This document shows, piece by piece, positions 59,446-64,000 of a stretch of DNA of 64,000 nt. The stretch spans positions 14,572-78,571 of the forward strand of contig JAJRRH010000072.1 in assembly GCA_024279715.1 (NCBI GenBank), read 5' to 3'. Under the pieces are notes generated by a model, which saw nothing but the letters and a program-made list of their open reading frames with translations, made no database searches and was not told where the DNA came from. This DNA is from Bacteroidota bacterium (GTDB lineage Bacteria > Bacteroidota > Bacteroidia > Flavobacteriales_D > JABDKJ01). Positions within the stretch are counted from its first letter, which is position 1. Each line of letters begins with the position of its first letter. Made by a program: the position numbers and the translations under genes.

Positions 59446-60675
59446 ATGTTCGAGTTATTAAAAAAGTACGAAAATAAGACACCGGAAATAGTTTTTGAAT
59501 GGAATGATTCTGAGACGGAAGCAGAAGGGTGGGTAGTAATAAATTCACTTCGTGGTGGTGCTGCTGGTGGTGGCACAAGGATGCGGGTAGGACTTGATAA
59601 ACGGGAGGTAGAATCATTGGCAAAGACCATGGAAATAAAATTCTCTGTATCTGGTCCAGCTATCGGTGGTGCTAAATCAGGAATAAATTTTGATCCGAGT
59701 GACCCTCGTAAAAAAGGAGTACTACAACGTTGGTTTAAAGCAGTTAGTCCACTGCTAAAAAGCTATTATGGTACAGGTGGAGATCTTAATGTGGATGAAA
59801 TTCATGAGGTGATACCTATGATTGAAGAGACAGGTGTTTGGCATCCACAAGAGGGAGTTTTCAACGGACATTTTCAGCCCAATGATGCGCAGATGATAAA
59901 GCGTATTGGCAAATTAAGAATGGGTGTAGTAAAAGTTATCGAAGAAGAAAAATTCTCCCCAGACCTTAGCAAAAAATACAAAGTAGCAGATATGATTACC
60001 GGATATGGTGTAGCCGAGTCTGTGAAGCATTATTATGATCTATGGGGTGGAGATTTAAAAGGAAAGAGAGTGGTCGTTCAAGGATGGGGTAATGTAGGTG
60101 CCGCCGCCGCATACTATCTAGCACAAGATGGAGCAAAAATTGTCGGTATCATTGACCGAGTTGGTGGATTGATTAATCCAGAAGGCTTTTCTTTTGAAGA
60201 GATAAGAACTATGTTTATAGAGAAAGATGGAAATGCATTGCATCACTCTGAAATGTTGTCTTTTGATGAAGTGAATGAAAAAATATGGGATGTAGAAGCT
60301 GAGGTGTTTTTACCTTGCGCAGCATCAAGATTAATAACAAAAGAACAAGTGGATAGAATGATAGCCACCGGTATCGAAGTGATATCTTGTGGTGCAAATG
60401 TCCCATTTAAGGATCCCGAAATTTTCTTAGGTCCCACAGGTGATTTTGCAGATAATCATATCGCTGTTATTCCAGACTTTATTGCAAACTGCGGTATGGC
60501 ACGCGTTTTTGCCTATCTGATGAGCACGGATGATCTAGAACTATCAGACGAAGTAATATTTAAAGATACCTCAACCATTATTCGTAATGCCTTAAAAGAG
60601 GTGAAAGATGAAATTAAAGATAACGTCGGGTTATCAAAAAAAGGATTAGAAATAGCACTTAATAAACTATCATAG
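59446..60675 (+). CDS. Glu/Leu/Phe/Val-family amino-acid dehydrogenase
   Basis: GGAKSGINFDP catalytic-Lys region and VVVQGWGNVGAAAA Rossmann motif. Substrate not assignable from sequence alone. Confidence 0.8.
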   Translation: MFELLKKYENKTPEIVFEWNDSETEAEGWVVINSLRGGAAGGGTRMRVGLDKREVESLAKTMEIKFSVSGPAIGGAKSGINFDPSDPRKKGVLQRWFKAVSPLLKSYYGTGGDLNVDEIHEVIPMIEETGVWHPQEGVFNGHFQPNDAQMIKRIGKLRMGVVKVIEEEKFSPDLSKKYKVADMITGYGVAESVKHYYDLWGGDLKGKRVVVQGWGNVGAAAAYYLAQDGAKIVGIIDRVGGLINPEGFSFEEIRTMFIEKDGNALHHSEMLSFDEVNEKIWDVEAEVFLPCAASRLITKEQVDRMIATGIEVISCGANVPFKDPEIFLGPTGDFADNHIAVIPDFIANCGMARVFAYLMSTDDLELSDEVIFKDTSTIIRNALKEVKDEIKDNVGLSKKGLEIALNKLS

Positions 60676-60678
60676 ACC

Positions 60679-62145
60679 ATGGAATTAGTAATGCTCATAA
60701 TATTCGTAGTAGGTTATTTATTTATAGCCTTTGAACATACCGTACATATTGATAAAGCAGCCTCAGCTCTGCTTATTGGGATGCTCTGTTGGGGTCTGTA
60801 CGCCTTAAATCCAGCTGAATTCCTAGGGATTAATCATCATGACACCCCTACTGAATTGGTTGAGGAATATCAAAACAATGAGAATAAAGAAGCTCTGCCA
60901 GATCAAACCAAGAATGTCCTTAACTTCATGGAAGAACATGTGGTAAAGGAAGCTGCCCATGGAGGAGAGCATGGTGAAGGCAGCATGCCGATGATAAGAG
61001 AGTATCTTGAGCATGGATTGAGCCACCATCTATTTGATATCGCAAATATCTTATTCTTCTTAATCGGAGCTATGACCATCGTTGAGTTGATAGATGCCCA
61101 TGAAGGATTTTCAGTAATTACAGACAGGATTACCACCAGCAACAAAGTTAAGCTGCTTTGGATTATTTCCATCCTAACTTTCTTCTTTTCTGCAGCATTG
61201 GATAATCTTACCACTACTATTGTTATGATATCGCTGTTGCGAAAGCTTATTACAGATCAAAAAACACGATGGTTTTTTGCAGGATTTGTGGTGATTGCTG
61301 CCAATGCAGGTGGTGCTTGGTCACCCATTGGTGATGTAACTACTACCATGTTATGGATCAAAGGTCAGTTGCCAGAAACCTTAGTTATTGTAAAAGAACT
61401 AATTCTGCCAAGTTTTGTCGCTACCATTGTCCCACTAGTTTTGGCAACCTTTTTTGTTAAAGGAGTAGTTGTGCGTCCGAAATTTAATGAAACGGATGAA
61501 CATTTTTCTAATCCCACAACAGAGCGTGAGAGAAATATGGTTTTTTTCCTTGGACTACTTGGACTACTGTTTGTCCCTGTCTTCAAGACGGTCACTCATC
61601 TACCACCTTTCATGGGTATGATGTTGAGTTTGGGCGCCTTATGGGCAGTAACGGAACTGCTTCATCGGTCAAAAAACACAGAAGATAAGAACCATCTCTC
61701 GGTAGTAGGAGTATTGAGGAAAATTGATACAGCAAGTGTGTTATTCTTCTTAGGAATTTTGATGGCAGTAGCTGCGTTACAAGAAGTAGGTCACTTGGCT
61801 AAATTAGCTGGTGGACTAGATAAAGTATTTAGTGGGGATATTTATTTAATTAATGTAACTATCGGACTTTTGAGTGCTATTGTGGATAATGTGCCTCTTG
61901 TTGCTGCGGCGCAAGGTATGTATGCAGTGACTGAAACTGGAGACTTTGCTGCCAACGGGGTGTTTTGGCAATTCTTAGCTTATTGTGCAGGAACAGGCGG
62001 TAGTGCATTGATTATCGGGTCAGCTGCTGGTGTAGCTGCCATGGGATTAGAGAAAATAAACTTCTTTTGGTATATTAAAAAAATCTCCCTCTACGCTCTT
62101 GTTGGTTATTTAGCTGGTGCTGGAGTATATATTTTAATGCATTAA
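60679..62145 (+). CDS. nhaD: NhaD-family Na+/H+ antiporter
   Basis: Polytopic membrane protein with SAALDNLTTT and SAIVDNVPLV repeat motifs characteristic of NhaD/ArsB-type ion transporter folds. 3-nt gap to the upstream dehydrogenase gene. Confidence 0.8.
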   Translation: MELVMLIIFVVGYLFIAFEHTVHIDKAASALLIGMLCWGLYALNPAEFLGINHHDTPTELVEEYQNNENKEALPDQTKNVLNFMEEHVVKEAAHGGEHGEGSMPMIREYLEHGLSHHLFDIANILFFLIGAMTIVELIDAHEGFSVITDRITTSNKVKLLWIISILTFFFSAALDNLTTTIVMISLLRKLITDQKTRWFFAGFVVIAANAGGAWSPIGDVTTTMLWIKGQLPETLVIVKELILPSFVATIVPLVLATFFVKGVVVRPKFNETDEHFSNPTTERERNMVFFLGLLGLLFVPVFKTVTHLPPFMGMMLSLGALWAVTELLHRSKNTEDKNHLSVVGVLRKIDTASVLFFLGILMAVAALQEVGHLAKLAGGLDKVFSGDIYLINVTIGLLSAIVDNVPLVAAAQGMYAVTETGDFAANGVFWQFLAYCAGTGGSALIIGSAAGVAAMGLEKINFFWYIKKISLYALVGYLAGAGVYILMH

Positions 62146-62430
62146 GAGCCCTTTAACTTATTCAACTCAATTGACATTATAGGGTTTAAAAGTCTGAGTG
62201 GACTATCCAGGTTGTCATATTCTATAGCTTACCTTCATACGTTCGGAAGAAACTAAATCACACTCTTAAAAGCAGTATGTTTCAATGTGCATGCTTTCTG
62301 TAAGGAATAGATGAGATGTTAGAAGTCGAATTGGGATCACTTCCTTATGTTATTATTTAGTTAAAGCATTAAAGAAGACTAATAATCCCTAATAATATTA
62401 AAAATAACACGTTAATCACAAAAGGAAAAA

Positions 62431-63141
62431 ATGAATTTATTGATTTGGTTACAACTAACCGTAGCGGGAGATAGTACAAATGTTGCTACTGATTTACTTG
62501 TAGAAGGCGAAGGTACGAAGACGATTAACATTCTTGAAATGATAGTCAATGGTGGATGGTATATTATGATTCCGTTAGCTATACTCTCCATTATAGCAGT
62601 GTATATTTTTATCGAAAGATTTATTGCAATCACTAAAGCTTCTCGTATTGAAAAAGATTTTATGAATAGAATAAAGGACTACATCTTTGAAGGTAAAATG
62701 GAAACAGCCATCGACTTATGCAAGCAGAATGATAATCCTCTGTCTAGAATGATAGGAAAAGGAGTATCAAGAATTGGAAAGCCCACAAGTGAGATAAGTG
62801 CTTCGATTGAAAATGTTGGAAAGTTAGAGATATTCAAAATGGAGAGAGGATTAAATACCCTTGCTACCGTAGCTGGTGCTGCGCCGATGATCGGATTTCT
62901 TGGGACAGTGATTGGTATGATAGTCACTTTTCACCAGATGATGATAAGTGCCAATGGTGTGGAGATTCAAAAGTTATCAGGCGGTATTATGCAAGCTATG
63001 GTAACCACAGTGGCAGGTCTAATTATTGGAATTATTGCTTACATCGCATACAATACATTGGTTAGTAAAGTGGATAAAGTAGTTCATACTCTGGAAGCTG
63101 CTTCGGAAGATTTTATTGATCTATTAGAAGAACCAGCTTAA
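62431..63141 (+). CDS. exbB: MotA/TolQ/ExbB-family proton channel
   Basis: Three TM helices with the conserved C-terminal block APMIGFLGTVIGMI...MVTTVAGLIIGIIAYIAYN. Followed by ExbD-like and TonB-like genes. Confidence 0.85.
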   Translation: MNLLIWLQLTVAGDSTNVATDLLVEGEGTKTINILEMIVNGGWYIMIPLAILSIIAVYIFIERFIAITKASRIEKDFMNRIKDYIFEGKMETAIDLCKQNDNPLSRMIGKGVSRIGKPTSEISASIENVGKLEIFKMERGLNTLATVAGAAPMIGFLGTVIGMIVTFHQMMISANGVEIQKLSGGIMQAMVTTVAGLIIGIIAYIAYNTLVSKVDKVVHTLEAASEDFIDLLEEPA

Positions 63142-63150
63142 ATATTACAT

Positions 63151-63543
63151 ATGAATTTAAGATCCAGAAATAAGGTTAATCCAGCATTCAATATGTCTTC
63201 AATGACAGATTTAGTGTTTTTGCTTTTGATATTTTTTATCATATTGAGTACCATGGTAAGTCCGTATTCATTGCCTGTGGATTTGCCAAATGGCAAGAAT
63301 AAATCCAAAGAAAATCAGTCTGTTTCCTTACGTATAGGTTCAGATTTAGTATATTCTGTGGGAAATAAAATCATAGGAGTAAACGAAATTGAAAGTGCCT
63401 TGAAAATTGCACTGGAGCCCAAAAAAGACAAAAGCATTATTTTAAGAATTGATAAATCTGTACCTTCGGGCTATATGGTGGAAGTTCTTGGAATAGCGAA
63501 AAGAAATAAATGGAAAATAGTAGTAGCGACAAAACCAGAGTAA
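63151..63543 (+). CDS. exbD: ExbD/TolR-family biopolymer transport protein
   Basis: N-terminal MTDLVFLLLIFFII TM helix, 130 aa, and typical ExbD periplasmic domain size. Confidence 0.85.
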   Translation: MNLRSRNKVNPAFNMSSMTDLVFLLLIFFIILSTMVSPYSLPVDLPNGKNKSKENQSVSLRIGSDLVYSVGNKIIGVNEIESALKIALEPKKDKSIILRIDKSVPSGYMVEVLGIAKRNKWKIVVATKPE

Positions 63544-63544
63544 G

Positions 63545-64000
63545 TTGGAAGATAAAAGTAACAAACGAGCGGGCATAATTGGAACGGTGATCTTTCACCT
63601 GTTGTTGTTATTGTTTTTTACAATGACTGGGTTGACGCAACCTGACCCATTGCCTGAAGAAGAATCAGCTTCTATTATGCTTGGTTGGGTAGATGAAGGG
63701 TCTGGAGATGATGATCCTAGTCCCGTTCAGCAAGAACAAGAGGATATCGTTCCTCCAGCAAATACTGAACCCGAACCAGTCGTGGAGCAGGAGGTGTTAC
63801 AAGAAGAAGTAGCAACACAAGATGAAAGTGCTATCGCCGTAACTAAACCGAAAGAAACTACTAAGCCTAAACCTAATAAGCCAAAAGTTGATCCCCCAAA
63901 AGAACAACCAAAGCCAGATCCAAAACCAAGTGAAGATCTGCAGAATGCACTCAATGATATGTGGAGCACCCCTTCAGGTGGTGGCACAAAAGGAGATGCC
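63545..64000 (+). CDS. TonB-like energy transducer, N-terminal part (runs off the window; not in the ORF track because no stop is reached)
   Basis: My own translation from TTG 63545 is LEDKSNKRAGIIGTVIFHLLLLLFFTM..., followed by an acidic and then a Pro/Lys-rich linker (KPKETTKPKPNKPKVDPPKEQPKPDPKP). The frame is open to nt 64000. The start codon is uncertain. Confidence 0.65.
   Translation, partial: MEDKSNKRAGIIGTVIFHLLLLLFFTMTGLTQPDPLPEEESASIMLGWVDEGSGDDDPSPVQQEQEDIVPPANTEPEPVVEQEVLQEEVATQDESAIAVTKPKETTKPKPNKPKVDPPKEQPKPDPKPSEDLQNALNDMWSTPSGGGTKGDA

Noticed and set aside
62146-62430. Long (285 nt) untranslated region upstream of exbB, examined for sRNA, riboswitch or small ORFs
   Set aside because: There is no stable hairpin, no terminator after nhaD and no ORF longer than about 10 codons on either strand.
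63727-63987. 86-aa minus-strand ORF rich in G/S/F at the window end
   Set aside because: It is the antisense translation of the Pro/Lys/Glu-rich linker of the TonB-like gene, which is open on the plus strand from 63545 to the end of the window.
1-64000. Window-wide scan for CRISPR arrays, IS elements or inverted repeats, phage genes, restriction-modification or other defence genes, and RiPP or biosynthetic clusters
   Set aside because: None was found. All large ORFs are accounted for by housekeeping, envelope or T9SS functions, and no repeat-spacer periodicity was seen by eye.

Overview
AT-rich chromosomal segment that looks like Bacteroidota, probably a Flavobacteriales-type genome. This placement is an inference from three observations. 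Several genes have TTTG-N19-TAnnTTTG-type promoter boxes and almost no Shine-Dalgarno sequences. The T9SS/gliding genes porU-porV-cdd, a porP/sprF-like gene and gldJ-murF are present. Three large secreted proteins carry T9SS C-terminal sorting domains. I can support about 48 protein-coding genes, one tRNA-Phe(GAA), a set of intrinsic terminators and a few promoter boxes. Most of the window is ordinary housekeeping: rsmI, cysS, tsaB, class Ia RNR nrdB/nrdA, gpmI, coaX, lptC, a PpiD-like PPIase, phosphoglucomutase, recG, PDH E1alpha+E2, cdd, murF, acyl-CoA dehydrogenase, anmK, an amino-acid dehydrogenase, nhaD and exbB-exbD-tonB. I see no CRISPR array, transposase, integrase, prophage or recognisable defence or toxin-antitoxin module, and I cannot honestly point to a clear multi-gene novel system. 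The observations most worth a second look are these. (1) A monocistronic lipoprotein built from nine 4-Cys 'DCGG' repeats, which I cannot place in a family. (2) An unannotated 39-codon ORF or small RNA with its own very strong terminator next to that gene. (3) A homopolymer frameshift that replaces the conserved C-terminus of the SDR-type threonine dehydrogenase. (4) Tandem type-B-CTD adhesin paralogues with no adjacent PorP/SprF partner, while a solitary porP/sprF-like gene sits directly upstream of gldJ. (5) An orphan minus-strand terminator that implies an unannotated transcript between ppiD and the phosphoglucomutase gene.
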